NCBI RefSeq assembly: GCF_024521635.1
Contig: NW_026250437.1
Location: 186,001 to 250,000 of the forward strand
Source: Tricharina praecox
Taxonomy: Eukaryota
DNA length: 64,000 nucleotides
Direction of reading: 5' to 3'
This document shows, piece after piece, positions 24,348 to 37,609 of this stretch. Each line of letters starts with the position of its first letter. Position 1 is the first letter of the stretch. The notes beneath the pieces are model-generated. The model was not told where the DNA came from. It saw only the letters and a list, made by a program, of their open reading frames with translations, and ran no database searches. The position numbers were made by a program, and so were the translations under genes.

Positions 24348-25012
24348 ATGCGTCTTCTAGCCACCCTCGCGCCGCTCCTGCCCTTGGCTCTCGCGCACGG
24401 CGGCGGCCTTCACGACCCACACGACAAGCCCGACCCGTCCCTCCCCTGGGCGGAACGCCACATGATCTCAGAGCACCACATCCTGAACTACGACGCGGGG
24501 GCGTTCTTTTCCCTTCACGACTTCAACAACGACGGGTATCTTGCACGCGACGAGCTGCTGCGCACGTACGGTCTGGAGTCCGTCGACAATCCGCCACCCG
24601 CCGGACATAAGTCACCCGACGAGATCTGGGAGACCGTCAGGAAGCTGGTGGGCCCCCGCGATGCAGACAGGATTAGCAGAGAGGAGTGGGCGAAAAGTCA
24701 GGTCGTACTCCCAGATTTTGGAACGGGACCCGGACATCATGGCGATGATGAGTGGGAGTATGAGATCCATCATTTTGAGAAGTTCCATTCCGACGATAAG
24801 GAGGATGGCAGTGATATGGTCATGCATCCGGAGGATGCGGAGCATGTGAGTTTTCTTGGTGTGGCGGGGATGAAGTGATGTTGACAGTGGGACAGTTCGC
24901 CCATCACGAGAAGGAGGATAAGGAGGCGGCTAAGGAGGCGGTCATGGAAAGTCTGCAGATTAACGAAGCCAACATCCCGCGTAAATTCAGGGTGCAGGAG
25001 AAGGGTAAATAA
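24348..25012 (+). CDS. SSP120: Secretory-pathway EF-hand protein, Ssp120-like; intron 24846-24895
   Basis: Signal peptide, WAERHMISEHHI, FFSLHDFNNDGYL EF-hand, LPDFGTGPGHHGDDEWEYEIHHFEKFH, and C-terminal NIPRKF. Confidence 0.85.
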
Positions 25013-25165
25013 GTTTATGACGATGGATGAATGATTGTGCCGCTTTCGGACGGGGCTACTAGATGATGGTTGATATCCGGGGACGCCCACCATACTGTGG
25101 GTGTCGGTCATGTAATGTAATGTTGAGATGTATCTGTAAGTATGTACAGTCTATACGATGCTATT

Positions 25166-26512
25166 CTAGACGCGAATATCAAAAACGCAGTGCAGTACGC
25201 CAGGTGCAAACGTTTTGACCTTCTCGACATGTTCACACTTCACCTCCGCACCCCGCATCCTCTTGAAATCCTTCACAATCCCCTCCCTCATATCCTCCAC
25301 CTGTTTCTCCCCAACATTCTCATGCACATGCGCACACCCTCCCTCCTCCAGCAGTTCCGTTGCCACAGGCCACGCACCACGACTCGTCGGCAGCAAGCCC
25401 AGATTAACATGCTTGACCCTCCTGCCTCCCATCCTCTGTACCGCAAATTCATTGCTCTCCTCAAACACCACGACCTCCTCGCCCGCATCCTCAGCCTGCA
25501 CCCACTCCTTGCCGTGCTTTACAACCCTACACGTCCACCCATTCATCTTGCAGCCCCTCCGCAGCGCCTCCACACTCCACGGATTAATCTCCCAGCACCA
25601 CACACGCTTCGCTCCCGCGCGGAGGTAGCAGAGCACGAAGTACCCGATGCCCGCGTAGAGGTCTGCTATTTCTTCCCCGCGCACAGAGGGGAACGACAGG
25701 ACTCGCGCCTTTTCGCGGATGTTCCCGCGCGAGAACATCGTGTGCTCCGGCGCCCACGTCTGCTGGATGCCGTGCTGCGTAGTCGTCACCCAGAGCGCGC
25801 TGGTGAAGTCGTCGGAGGCGGTATAGGTATGCGTATGTACGTCGACGGGTGGATGCAGAAAGACTAGGCGGGAGGGAGAGCGCATCGTGCTCGCCGCATC
25901 GATTGGTGCGTTGCGCGCGATGTGTGTTACGTTGTGGGCTGCGGCGAGAAGTGGGAGCAGCGAGGGGTGCGCGGCGAGGTAGGTGCTCCAGGCGGGGGTG
26001 GTGAAGGCATCGCTGGGGAGTAGCAGGAGCGGTGGGTACACTGTGCTACGTTTCGGGGCTGTGGAAAGGAGCGTACTGCTGTCGGAGGTGGGATGTGAGG
26101 TGATGTACTCGTGGAAGAAAACGTGAAGCGGGGAACGCGAGGTCGGGAGTGCCGTCTCGGATAGCGCGGCGGAGATGAGGGCGTACGTCTCCACCGGCAA
26201 TCCGATGAGTTCTATCGGCGGAGGAGAAGGGAGAATAGCATCCATAGGATGATTCGTGGGGAGATTAGTCGCGATATGGTAGACATGATCGCCTTCCTCT
26301 TTTTCGTTGTCGGGAGTGGGGGTCGATGACGTGGGGTCGTTGAGCCGCCGCCTTCTCTGCAACCGTGAAATGGACTTGCCCCACAAACGCTGTGACTCGA
26401 GCCAATTCTTGGCGACCTTCACGTCTACCGCACGAGAAACGACGACGGCTACGATATTGCTAACGGAAGCAAGATTCTCGATTTCTTCGTCGGAGTGTAA
26501 GGAGGTGGACAT
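25166..26512 (-). CDS. TRM12: tRNA wybutosine-synthesizing protein 2 (aminocarboxypropyltransferase)
   Basis: QTWAPEHTMFSRGNIREKAR, SAM motif DLYAGIGYF, WEINPWSVEAL, HVNLGLLPTS, HVHENV and KVKTFAPGVLHCVFD. Confidence 0.9.
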   Translation of the reverse strand: MSTSLHSDEEIENLASVSNIVAVVVSRAVDVKVAKNWLESQRLWGKSISRLQRRRRLNDPTSSTPTPDNEKEEGDHVYHIATNLPTNHPMDAILPSPPPIELIGLPVETYALISAALSETALPTSRSPLHVFFHEYITSHPTSDSSTLLSTAPKRSTVYPPLLLLPSDAFTTPAWSTYLAAHPSLLPLLAAAHNVTHIARNAPIDAASTMRSPSRLVFLHPPVDVHTHTYTASDDFTSALWVTTTQHGIQQTWAPEHTMFSRGNIREKARVLSFPSVRGEEIADLYAGIGYFVLCYLRAGAKRVWCWEINPWSVEALRRGCKMNGWTCRVVKHGKEWVQAEDAGEEVVVFEESNEFAVQRMGGRRVKHVNLGLLPTSRGAWPVATELLEEGGCAHVHENVGEKQVEDMREGIVKDFKRMRGAEVKCEHVEKVKTFAPGVLHCVFDIRV

Positions 26513-26514
26513 CG

Positions 26515-27617
26515 ATGGACGCGTTCCGGGGGTTCGTGCAGAAGTTTGGAGTCGGAGGGGTCGGTGGGGGTGATGGCGGATACGGACGGCCGAGGTTTGG
26601 CTCTACGAACCCCCGCGTTCTGAGCTCTCTATGAAATATACTGAACAGTCATAGTAGCAGCAGCAGCAGCACGGCAGAAATGTCCGTCGTCTTCCATCCA
26701 GCAATCCAAATCACACAACTGACAATCACGCAATAGCCTCGACACCCACCTCCCCCTCACCAAGTCCTTTGTCTCAGAAACGTACGTCTCCCTCCACTTC
26801 ACCTAGCTATCACTCATCTAACGATTACTTCGCAGCCTCCCCCGCGCCCCGATCCTCGCCGTCGCCAAATCAAATGCCTGTAAAGCCACGGAAGCACATG
26901 CGCTTGTCCGGCGTGTCGACGAGCGCATCGCCTCACACGCTACGGCCGCCGCAGAGCTAAAGGAATACGTATCGCAGCTATCGTCCATGAGCGCTGATAT
27001 CGACGTTGCCGCGAAGCAAGCCAGTGCGTACTCCCCCACACCTCCCCGTTCCTTGAACTCTGCTTATGCGAACAGAATCGATACAAACCCAGCTTCTCGA
27101 ACTGGAAGGCATGCTCTCCTCTGCCGGAAGCGGCGAGTTGATTGAGTTACAGGCCGCCGAAGACGCACGGTTTGAGGCCGTTGCCCGCGAAAAGAGGAAG
27201 AGGCTTGCGGAGGTACAGAGGGCGTACGATGAACAGCTTGAGGCCTTCCAGAAAGAGCGGGTGAAATTATTGGCAGCCCAGGGAGGTACGGCTGGAAAGG
27301 GAAAGGGGAAGAGGCGGGTTTTGCCTGTCGGACGGGGCCTGGAGGAGGTGGCTATTACTACTGACGAAACGGCGTCGGGGCTGGAGGATTTCTTTGGGGG
27401 GAGTGACGAGCGGATAGGAGAGCAGAACGAGGCCGTGCCGGCGGAGAGTACGAGTGATTCCAGGAGAGTGGGGAAAGGGAAACAGAGAGAGATCAAGCCC
27501 GCGGAACGATCTAGACCAACGGCCGCGGCGCCAGCAAAGAAGAAAGGGAACCATGCTATCATGGCGGATGAGGATATCGACGAGGAGGAGGAAATGATGG
27601 CGTTTTATGGACGGTGA
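26515..27617 (+). CDS. Coiled-coil protein, possibly a dysbindin-like BLOC-1 subunit; 4 introns
   Basis: Frame-consistent model with donors at about 26595, 26682, 26781 and 27025: MDAFRGFVQKFG...AEILDTHLPL...AELKEYVSQLSSMSADID...EKRKRLAEVQRAYDEQLEAFQKE...LEEVAI...LEDFF. Confidence 0.6.
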
Positions 27618-28025
27618 TTCGGTAGAACTTTCCACGCAATCCGGCGATGGGTAATGGGCATAAAGGGAGCGCTCTGTTGGGCGGGCTGGAAACCACCACT
27701 GCTAGTCACTCGCTCAGAATCCAGTCCAAACATATTCAACATGAACGATCCACTCGTGATCATGATATCGCGGATCTTCGTTCGCAGCCCTCTCGACTGC
27801 TGAACTGTGTTAGCAACCCTAGTAGGAGAGGGTTCAGGAAACTTTACTACTTGATGCATGTATTCAACGGAAACGTGGAGCTCAAAATGGCATACTACAA
27901 CTTTATATTTCGTTCTAGTTCAAAGCTATAAACCACGACCACTCTTCTAGCTGCTCTCGCCAGTCCGCATCCACAGCCTTCCTCACCACCAACATATATA
28001 TCAACCCTCTACCAACGCCGTCTCT

Positions 28026-29003
28026 ATGTCACAGCCCAACGACCACCACCACCAACCGGATGAAAGGGACGAGATTGAGACAGAAGAATTCAAAGTTACC
28101 GCCGTGAGCCCAGCAGTTATAGGAAGCGGCCCCGACATCAAATCACCACATCCGTCGCCTACCTTTCCGCACAGATCTGTGATCAGGGATAGCCCATACA
28201 GCTTAGAGCCAGCAAACGAAGCCTCCCAAGAGGACCCCATAATGGATATACCCTTCCCACCTTCGCTACCTGCGGCTATGGACAGGAAATCATTATCACA
28301 TTCACCTTTCCACTACAACGACGAGGAGGAATACGTCTCTGACCCCGAGCACCAATCCGAAGATTCAGACTGGGACCACCTCTCCGCAGCAGACACACCG
28401 CCCACCGGACTGACACAAGATATCTACACGCCCACGGACCGAGCAATCGCGCAGACGCGGCGCCTAGCCAGCACAGCCGTTTCCACCGCCACCGCGGCAG
28501 CCACGCAGCTGCCCACGCTGACGCAGCCGTTCCTCGCCGCGGCGCGGAAGCTATACACGAACCTCACCGCCTCCACAGCGCCCGTCGACCCGCGCGACCT
28601 CCGCGCCATCCTGCCTGCTCCATACCCATCGCAGCGGACTATCCGCACGCTCGAGGCCCGCGGCCTGATACGAGCCCCGCTGTACCATCCCGCGCTGGAG
28701 CGCATCTTTGCAACGATCAGCGTGGCGGCGATGAAGTTGTATCCACTGTGGATGCGGCGCGACGGCGGGGGGTGGTTGTTGTATTTTTTTGGGAGCGAGG
28801 GGGAGAGGTGGTGCGGGTGGATCGTCGCCACGGGGAATGGAGAGCAGTGCTGGTGTGCGGATCGGGAGGGGTTTAGGGAGTGGGTTAAGGGGGGGTTGGG
28901 CAGGGGACGCAAGGCGCCTACTGGGAGGGGGTGGAAGGCGAAGGTGGAGGCGCTCGGAGAGGAACTGGAAGGCGTGGATTGGGGGGAGGGATGGGTTTGG
29001 TAG
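28026..29003 (+). CDS. Hypothetical protein (acidic disordered N-terminus, Trp-rich C-terminal domain)
   Basis: 325-aa ORF with a C-rich leader and coding-like composition; no family recognised. Confidence 0.6.
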   Translation: MSQPNDHHHQPDERDEIETEEFKVTAVSPAVIGSGPDIKSPHPSPTFPHRSVIRDSPYSLEPANEASQEDPIMDIPFPPSLPAAMDRKSLSHSPFHYNDEEEYVSDPEHQSEDSDWDHLSAADTPPTGLTQDIYTPTDRAIAQTRRLASTAVSTATAAATQLPTLTQPFLAAARKLYTNLTASTAPVDPRDLRAILPAPYPSQRTIRTLEARGLIRAPLYHPALERIFATISVAAMKLYPLWMRRDGGGWLLYFFGSEGERWCGWIVATGNGEQCWCADREGFREWVKGGLGRGRKAPTGRGWKAKVEALGEELEGVDWGEGWVW

Positions 29004-31860
29004 TGGGGTTGCGGATGTATGTGATGTGAGGCTTGTGATGTTGCCGCGAAGAGTACGAATCCCACCCACTCGACCCGCAGTCCGTAAACCCCTTCGGCTG
29101 CTTTTTGGTTTTGGTTTTTTGCTCAGATATGGAGTCTCTGTTCTTGGTTGCAACGATATAGGATTAATATTTTAAGGTTATGCATTTGGGTTTGGATAAA
29201 ACGGGAGTAGTGGGCGTTGATGGGTGCATGTGTGGCTGAAGAATTTGTACGCCATAATGACGGTACAATCACGAATAGGCCCGGAGCAGTGGTTATGGAT
29301 TTATTTCTGCGGTGGAGCCTATAAGGCGCCCTTCCTACTGACTAGTGAATACATTTATGAGATTACGGCCGCCGTGAGGCTGGTAAGGATGGTCGTCTGA
29401 ATGTGTCATAGCAAATCACTCGCGAAGACGTAAGAAACCTCTAATTCTACATACGTTGGTTCCTGACTACTCGTATGAACACACATGAGAAGGAAGTCAC
29501 ATTGAGCCGCTTGGAGAAAGTTGGGTTGGACAGTGCACATGGAGATGGAGTGTGTAGCTATTGCTATGATCTTGGTAGATAGGTCACATGCAATCAATGA
29601 GTAAACGAAAAAAACACTCGTATGCACATGCGAACGCACTTCTGATGTACCGTATCGGTTTGTCTGGGTATGCAGTGGCGGTGCAACGGACTGAATGAAT
29701 GTATGACAGCGGGGATTCCACCTCGGCGCTCGGCGGAGCGAGCTGGAATGGCTGGTTATTTGGTGGGCTCTCTCTCCTATAAAGTTTGAACGCACTTCAA
29801 TGGTTATGGCTGCTCGCGTTGAATAGAACTTCTGAGTGGCGGGAGAAGCTAAGAGCCTGGTTCTTGCGCAGTGCTGATCGGGTCACGAGTGTGTACACGT
29901 GGAAAACCTCCCGTGAGTGTTGTTTTCCCTGAAGGTCTACCATGGTGGGACGGCAGCCTCAAGAGTATGCACAAATGGGAAACCCCAAACACAGCCAGGC
30001 TGGCGAAGCACGAGTTTGAGGCAACAAGAGCCAACGTGCGTGCGTGTTCCGAAAGTTGGTGGGCGTTGTGGTATTGGCTGTTCTGGCTGGGTTGTCAGCT
30101 GAGTCGTTCTGTAGATTTGCAAAAAAAAGTATTACCATAGCAGTGCGGTGGTCGTGCCCGGTGCTCTGATGGAACATGGATTCTCGTTGGAGTTGTAAGT
30201 TCCGCTGTCCGGGATGAAGAAAATTTGGAAGGCTCTGGTTCGTGACTCGTGAGTGACGAGGTCCGCTGGGGAGTTGGAAGTTGTGACAGTGATACAGTCG
30301 ATCGGTTGCTGGAAGTAGTCGGTCGAAGAAGTCGATAAGTTGCTCCCATACGGTAGGTGCGTCAAGGAGTCCGTCAAAACGCCCCACATATATGATCCAC
30401 GCTCACTGCACAGAACAGCAGCCACTCAAACCAATCACTCGCTGCTGTCGAATCCTTGTCATGGCCGGACCACGTGGAAATGACCAACACGCATACCCTG
30501 CACCGCCACTGGATACCTTGTAACATCTACTGTATGTAGATACAGTTGGAAGTTGGAATTGTGAAGCGGAACGACGAATATGTGAAGGAGGGAAATGCCT
30601 CCACTGATGAGTCGAGAGCGAGAATCGTTCGGGCGAACACAACACCTTCCTCCTGTGCTGAGTCGCTATTCCGTCAGAATCGAGTTTGGAGGAATGGTGG
30701 ACTTTGAGTGTCTCCAGCGAGTAGTGGTGATGGTTACCAGTTCAAAGAATGACTCGTGCCAGTGGGCACTGGCAGCATCCAGCTTCCAGTAGGTACCCAA
30801 ACATCAACCTGGTTCTCACTGCTTTCTTGTAAAGGGTCTTGAGTTCCGAAAGGATCTCAGAAAGTGTTTCAGATGACCATCTCATGATTTGACGATTGAT
30901 TACCGACGAAAGTACCTGTGGTGAGATTACAGCCGAAATGGACACTCTTCCCTACGGCCTAGCAATCTCCATTTATATGCGCAAACCCCCACTCTTCTCC
31001 TATGTCCTATCTCCTTGCCTGTCAAACACCTTCTATGTAGGTAAGCACGGCTATCTAGGATCATTTCGTGGGAATAGACACGCGGCGATGCGGCTTTAGA
31101 TGTCCCGAACCCATTGCTATGACTCCCTTTCGCAAGATCCTGCCTCATTGCGTTTGGCCATATCTGCCGTGTCATAAACCTGGGCCAGCTTTGAAATGCG
31201 TGGGAACAACAAGAAGGTAAATGAAGGTCGTTCTCTTGAGGTTCAGGCAGTGCAAAAGTTCCCAAGATGTAGATGTGATAGGCTTGTACACGGCATTATA
31301 CAATCACCTTCAAATGGTAGCGTTGTTTCTGGGTGCGGCGGCAAGGGGGCTGCGGGGATCCGGAGATGAGGTACACAGATGGTGCATGGAGAGTAGCTAA
31401 CTAGAGTTGCAACCTTGCTGCTGATATCCATGGCCATGATTTGCAAACGCTATTTCATGTAAAGTCCATCTATTTCGTCATCGCACACGACCTACCACAA
31501 CCACCGCCACAACCACCGCAGCCTCCCCCTCCCCCTCATCCTCCTCCTCATCTTTTCCGCACCGGTAACCACTCCGCCAGTATTGCCTCCGAGACGTGTT
31601 ACCCCCGAACAAGAAAAGCAAGACGTTCTTCGGAACCGCAGCTCCGACGGCCTTCCCCGCTTTCCCATAGCTCTAGCACCTCCATAGCTCCGACTGCTGC
31701 TATACCACCACCCGCCTGCGAGTGAAGCCTGCCTGCACGCCTTATCCTACAGCTTCACAACCTTGTCGCATACCGTTCAACGACTCTCGATCCCAATACT
31801 CTTGCATCGGGCTTCACGTCGGCATTTTCGGCTTGGATACACCTACAAGATCCTTTGAGC

Positions 31861-34800
31861 ATGGCGTCTACCCCAGCTGGGGGCGAGCTCACCTCAAGGG
31901 CAACACCATCCCCGCTCAGCAAATCCCCCAGCATCTCCATCGACGATGGCACCGGCTCACCGCCACATGTGGAGCATGACACGGAAGACCCGCAGTCCAA
32001 CGATCGCCGCTCGGTCAGTCCCAAGTCGACGGCGGCCGGAATAATCCTGAAGGACTCGATCGTGACCTCATCACAGCTACATTCTCCGTTGACCATCACG
32101 ACGCCGGTCAAACAACCTGCGAACGGGCCGCGAAGCGCTCTCTTCGACGACCACGTCGCGTCCGCACACGTTCCCGGGAGTCTCCACCTCGCGCCCGACA
32201 GTACGATTCAACGGCTCGTGGAGCGCCAGGGGTATGTTACGTTGATCCGACAGCTTGCCGAAGACCTTGCGCACCGGGATCGCGAGCTAGTGAGCTTCCG
32301 GCGGAGAGCGGAGGAGCGCGAACGAACGTTGAAGCGGATGCTGGTCGAGGTCGAGGTGTCGAATGCGGATATCGAGAAGCGGCTGGCAAACTGCGCGATC
32401 CAGAGGGACTCCTCGCGTGATCCTATGAGGAATGATGGGGATGAGACGAGTTATACAGAGAGCATAGATGAAATGATGCATCAGGCCTTGGGCGAGGAAG
32501 ATGCGTTCAGCATCGCCGACGACGCGAGCGGGTTGAATATCTACATGGATGATGACGGCATGAAGGAGGACACGGTTACGCCGAGGTCGACGCTCCGTGT
32601 GCCACCTGCTGCTGCTGCTTCTTCTGCAAAGATCGAGAGGGACACGGATTCAGTGTCGTTGAACTCGAATGCGTCCAGAAAAAGCTCGACGAGAGGGTGG
32701 AAGGGGTGGATTGTGGGGCAAGGAGCTGCTAATGGTCGCGACGAGGACACCAAGAGAGCTCGAAAAATGTCCGTTGCCGGTGGTACGGTGAAGAGAACAT
32801 CGATATCGCCAGAAACCTCTAACCTACCACCGGGAGAGGCCAGCCCAATTCCCCGTTCGAGCTCTCGGGCATCTCTTGCATCCATGAGATCAACCTCCGC
32901 GAACATTAACCAGAAGTCCGGTCGGGTCATACCTGCAGCATCCATCTACACCCAGCACCATTTTGCCTCCGACCAATCGAAGGCACCGTCACAGACAGAA
33001 AGCGAAACCGCCAGTGCAGCACAAAGGAGATCATCCAACTCTGTCGCTCATTGGGCGCTTCGACTCGTTTCCCAAACACCTCCCGCCGACCAACCAGAAC
33101 CTCCTACGAGCCCAACCCGGCGGCGTTCACTTAGTACCTCTGAAGGACCCATGGAAAGCTCCAAACGTAGGGGAAGCACGAGTACGGGGGACAGTCTGCA
33201 GCGGGTCAAAGCACGTAACTCCGTGGCGGCTCCCGGACGCGGCCGTGCACCGTCGACCACTTTCTTCCAAGACCTTCGGGATACGGCGGAGCGTATTGTG
33301 CCCCTTTCGCAGAGCAAGGAATCCAAGAAGCCGTCGGATGAAGCGGGGCCGGTGGAGATGGACATGATTGTCCCACACGAATCGCAACCCCCGACCCTTC
33401 TGCAAGGCTGGAATCAAGAGTATTCCCACGACTTCCTCACCGATCGCTTCGGATTCATTTACGACAAGAAGCAAAGATCGGTTTCCATTAAGGGAGCAAA
33501 TTCCATCGAAGGGTCGTATACCGAGAGGAAGCAATCCGACGAGAGTGCCAAGAACAATGTCATTCCGGAGGAGCCCATGGAAACGTGCACATCGCCAGAA
33601 TTGGACACGACGCTGTCGGAGTGGTCGGAGACGATTTATGGACCTTCTTCGTTTTCCGTTATCCAGCATCCACCTCTTCCTCCTTCGGCACCGAGACTGT
33701 TGACTAAGCCTGCCGATGGCAGTAAACCAGCTCACTTGACGACATCACTTGTGGAACGACTCTCTCGTCCGAGTGCTGCCATCTCGTCACCCACAACAGC
33801 GACCAATGCCGTTTCAGAGGCCTCGTTGGCTATCCGACCACAGATCACACCCGTAGGCACGTCAACAGCGGAAGAATCCACGGTTCGTTTGCTTCTCGGG
33901 CAACTATCGGACCTTCACGATTCCCTGCAGCATGACCGGTCCCTCAAATGGAACGAGTTTCTCCGTAAAGTCCGTACGGAACGCCGAAAAGGCGACGACG
34001 AGGAGAATGGGATGCCGGAGACACAGATGGCAGACGGGGAACTTATCGGCGTGGCGACGCTGGGAACCGAGGGCCGTGGAGGAAAGCAAAGATGGAAGGA
34101 ATTCAGTAACCTTGTCCTGGGCGGCATTCCGGTTGCATTCCGGTGGAAAATCTGGACCGAGTGCTCGGGCGCCACAGCAATGAAGGTTCCGGGTTACTAT
34201 GATGATCTGCTTCAGAATGGCCACGACGATCCAATTGTGATCAGCCAGATCGCTATGGATATCAATCGCACGCTGACGGACAATATTTTCTTCCGCAAGG
34301 GCCCGGGCGTGTCCAAGCTGAAGCAGATCTTGCTAGCATACAGTCGCCGGAACCCGGAAGTTGGGTACTGCCAGGGGATGAATATGATCGCCGCCAGTCT
34401 GTTACTCATCATGCCGAGTGAGGAGGATGCATTCTGGGTGCTGTGCTCGATTGTTGAGAGAATTCTGCCAAAAACTTACTTTGAGCCGAATCTCTTGGCT
34501 TCGAGGGCAGATCAAGAGGTATGGCCCTTCCTAACTGTGCAAATTGTCGTGTGCTGAACTGATCGTTTGGTAGGTGCTGAAACACTTTGTCGCCACCATC
34601 CTCCCATCACTTCATACCCACCTCTTGGACCTCGGTGTCGAGCTCGAGGCATTGACATTCCAATGGTTCCTGAGCATCTTCACGGATACCCTCGCGGCGG
34701 AGGCATTATTCCGCGTCTGGGATGTGATACTTTGTGTTGCCGGCTCGGTCTTCCTCTTCCAGGTGGCGATTGCACTACTGCGACTGAACGAGAAGGCGCT

Positions 34801-35137
34801 ATTGCGTTGCGAGAGTGCCGCCGAAGTGTACAGCTACCTTAATGGCGGGATGATACATCAAGGGATCAGTATCGATGGGCTCATCAGGGAGTCCGACGGC
34901 CTCAAGAATCTCATTCGCAAGCCTGAGGTGGATAAACGACGCGAGATGGCGGTGAAGAAGGAACTGGGCGGTGAAACTATGGAGACCGAGAGGAGCAACT
35001 CGACTGTTACCGAGAGCGATGTCGGCCCGCTCGATGTCGATGGTGCCGGTAAAAGGCCACTCGCTGCGATTGCCGACGAGGGCGAATCCCCGGGAGTGGC
35101 TGCTTCCACTTCTAGGGAGGCGGATGGTGTGTCATAG
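31861..35137 (+). CDS. TBC-domain Rab GTPase-activating protein; intron about 34519-34573
   Basis: N-terminal coiled coil, LTDRFGFIY, GGIPVAFRWKIW, IAMDINRT (IxxDxxR Arg finger), GYCQGMN (Gln finger), QWFLSIF and RVWDVI. Confidence 0.92.
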
Positions 35138-37609
35138 ATGGCACTGCACTGGGGGAACTGGCATGGGAATCAGGATGGGAATCGGATTGGGATACATAAG
35201 AATATTGATGCTGGGGCGCGATAATAAGACTTGGGGCGTTTGCGGATTCATTTTTTCTTTCTTGTTTGGGCTGCTATCTACCTCTTTGTTGCTAGGTACT
35301 TCTGTTTTATTGCGGCGGCGGGGATTTGTTTTTAGTTTTAGTTTTGGATCAGCGAGCGGGCGAGCGTGCGTTGGTTTGCATCATTAGGTACATGGTACAT
35401 TGTATTGCTTAGCGGGGGATGTGGGGGGGGTTTTTTGTTGTGCATGTATGATATCTAGAGTTTTACATCGGTTTTCACATGGGCTTTCGTTTCTTCACTT
35501 GCAGTGCACACCAGCTGAGCAGCCTGAGCTGAGTAAGGCATGCTAGCGTGCTAGCGAGCTAGAGTAGGGTGGAAGTGGCGTGGTGTGGCGTGGGGTGTCG
35601 GGCGTGGGCGTGGGGCGCGGGCCTGACTTATCAGCGATTCAGCGGATGTTGCTCCCGGCCAAAGGGCTGGGCGAAGGGCAGGACACGAAGGACACGACGA
35701 AAGAGCCGGACAAGACCCACGTTAAGCCGTGGGGGTGGTTTACGGTAACTTCTATGTGCTCAAGACTCAAGAGAATCTTCACGATAACTACAGGAAGGGT
35801 ATTTCGCTGACGAACTACGACAAGTATCCGAAGAAAGGCAGCACCGATGGGGGTGGAGATGGTGGATCGATTGAGTTTGAGTTTCGACCTCATGCACGCG
35901 CCACAACCACACAATTCACAGTTGGCAAAGGCGAAGTCAGTACCGTACTCTACATCCAAAGAGAGGGGGAAGCATGTTCATAAGGAAAGAAGACCTCGGA
36001 AATCGGCAGGCAGGCAGTTGCAGTTGCCTTCCCCTCCCCAGTGCCCACCCCCTCCCAGTCTCAGTCCAGGGGCCCAGCCAGCCAGCCAGCCAGCCGGAGG
36101 TACAGCCGCGACCTAGCCGCAGTTTTTTTAAAAAAAGTCCGGGGCCGTCCGGCGTCCACTCTCCACTCTGCGCTGCGCGGTGGATCTCGTGCATGCGCTG
36201 CTGCTTTTGTGAGGGCTTGCATCCCACAAGCTCCAACGCCTGACCTGACACCCGTAAGGTGGAGTAGAGTAAGCGGGCAGGGCGCGATTGAGGGGAGGGG
36301 GAAGGGGTGAATGAGGAATACATGAGAGGAAACAGGAAACAGGCAGAAAACGGAGGGGATTGGAGAGTGGTGACTGGTGACTCTGAGAATCGGATGGAAG
36401 GTGCCTAAGGTAAGGAAAGGACAGATGTTTCGCTGGCTGGCTGGACGACGGCACAAAGACTACCTGCGGTGTCTACAGTACGGACCAGTACGGGCTGGTA
36501 AGGACTAGCACGCGATGAGAAGATGAGTAGATGGTGACAAACAAGACGACATGGTGCTGAGAAGGGGATGATGATGACGAAGAAGGGGAGGAAGGGGAGA
36601 AGGGGGAAAAGAGAAAGACGAAGAAGTAGAATAGTGAGAATCGCATTCATGCTTCAAAATCAACAAGCTGATTAACTTCTGACTTTAACTGTATCTATCA
36701 GCATTGTAAGTTCCTTACATACTCCCTTACTACATAGTCGCCTTGGCTCTCCATCCTCCGTCCTCCATCGACCACTCACATTCCCACTGCCCAGCACTCC
36801 CCTCCCACCCCTGCCTCCAATCCAAACCCAACATTCCACTCGCGCTGCTTAGCAACCCACAAAGTCGCCCGTTCACTCACCAAATTCCTGGCTGTTTCCC
36901 CGTCTCAAGTCGCATCCGTCAACTCCTCCGCTTTCGCGCACTACATACCAACCCAAGAACAGAAGAGTCAACTCTCAAGACCTGAACCCACATGCTCTAA
37001 GAAAAGATACCTGCCCCATCCGAGAATACACCGACCACCACCTGTGCACCGCCCACTGCCGCTACCTCCTCCCATCACCCAAACCACCCATTGCCGCTAC
37101 CTCCCATCCGAACTCCCGCCCGCGACGAGGTCGACGCATCAAACGCAAAGGCCGACACTCCAACACACATACCTATACTCACAGCTCGTAGCTCGACAGT
37201 CAGACACACAATTCTCCCTTCACCACTCTTTCCTCGTTCTTTCTATCGCTCCCTACACCTACATAATCCCACGTTCCCTGAGATACCTACCGGTTGCCTC
37301 ATCTACCTAGCCGATCGGTATACTTGACAACCCAACCCACACTGCATCGCCAAAGCCAGTACCCCCCGTACTTTTGTGTCGCAGTAACGGCCAGCACAAG
37401 CACAAGCACCTTCCACGCTTGCCTGTCCACTTGCAGTCAAGAAGAAAAAAAAAAGATCATTCTCCTTTCACCTTGTACTACTCGCATCAAGCCTCGCAGC
37501 CAGCTCTCGTCTTCTGGCCCGCGTTCAATTCGCTTCCGCACGACGACAACGACGATATATCGATAAACTGGCGACCACACCAGCTCCGCGCTGCCACTCT
37601 CCCTCCCTA

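Noticed and set aside
29400..31300. Patchy protein-like minus-strand readings (WEQLIDFFDRLL; SETLSEILSELKTLYKKAVR) suggesting a pseudogene or transposon relic
   Set aside because: Multiple frame breaks and no identifiable family or termini; needs tBLASTx.
35640..35990. Short plus-strand ORFs between the RabGAP and kinase genes
   Set aside because: No coherent gene model or known motif.
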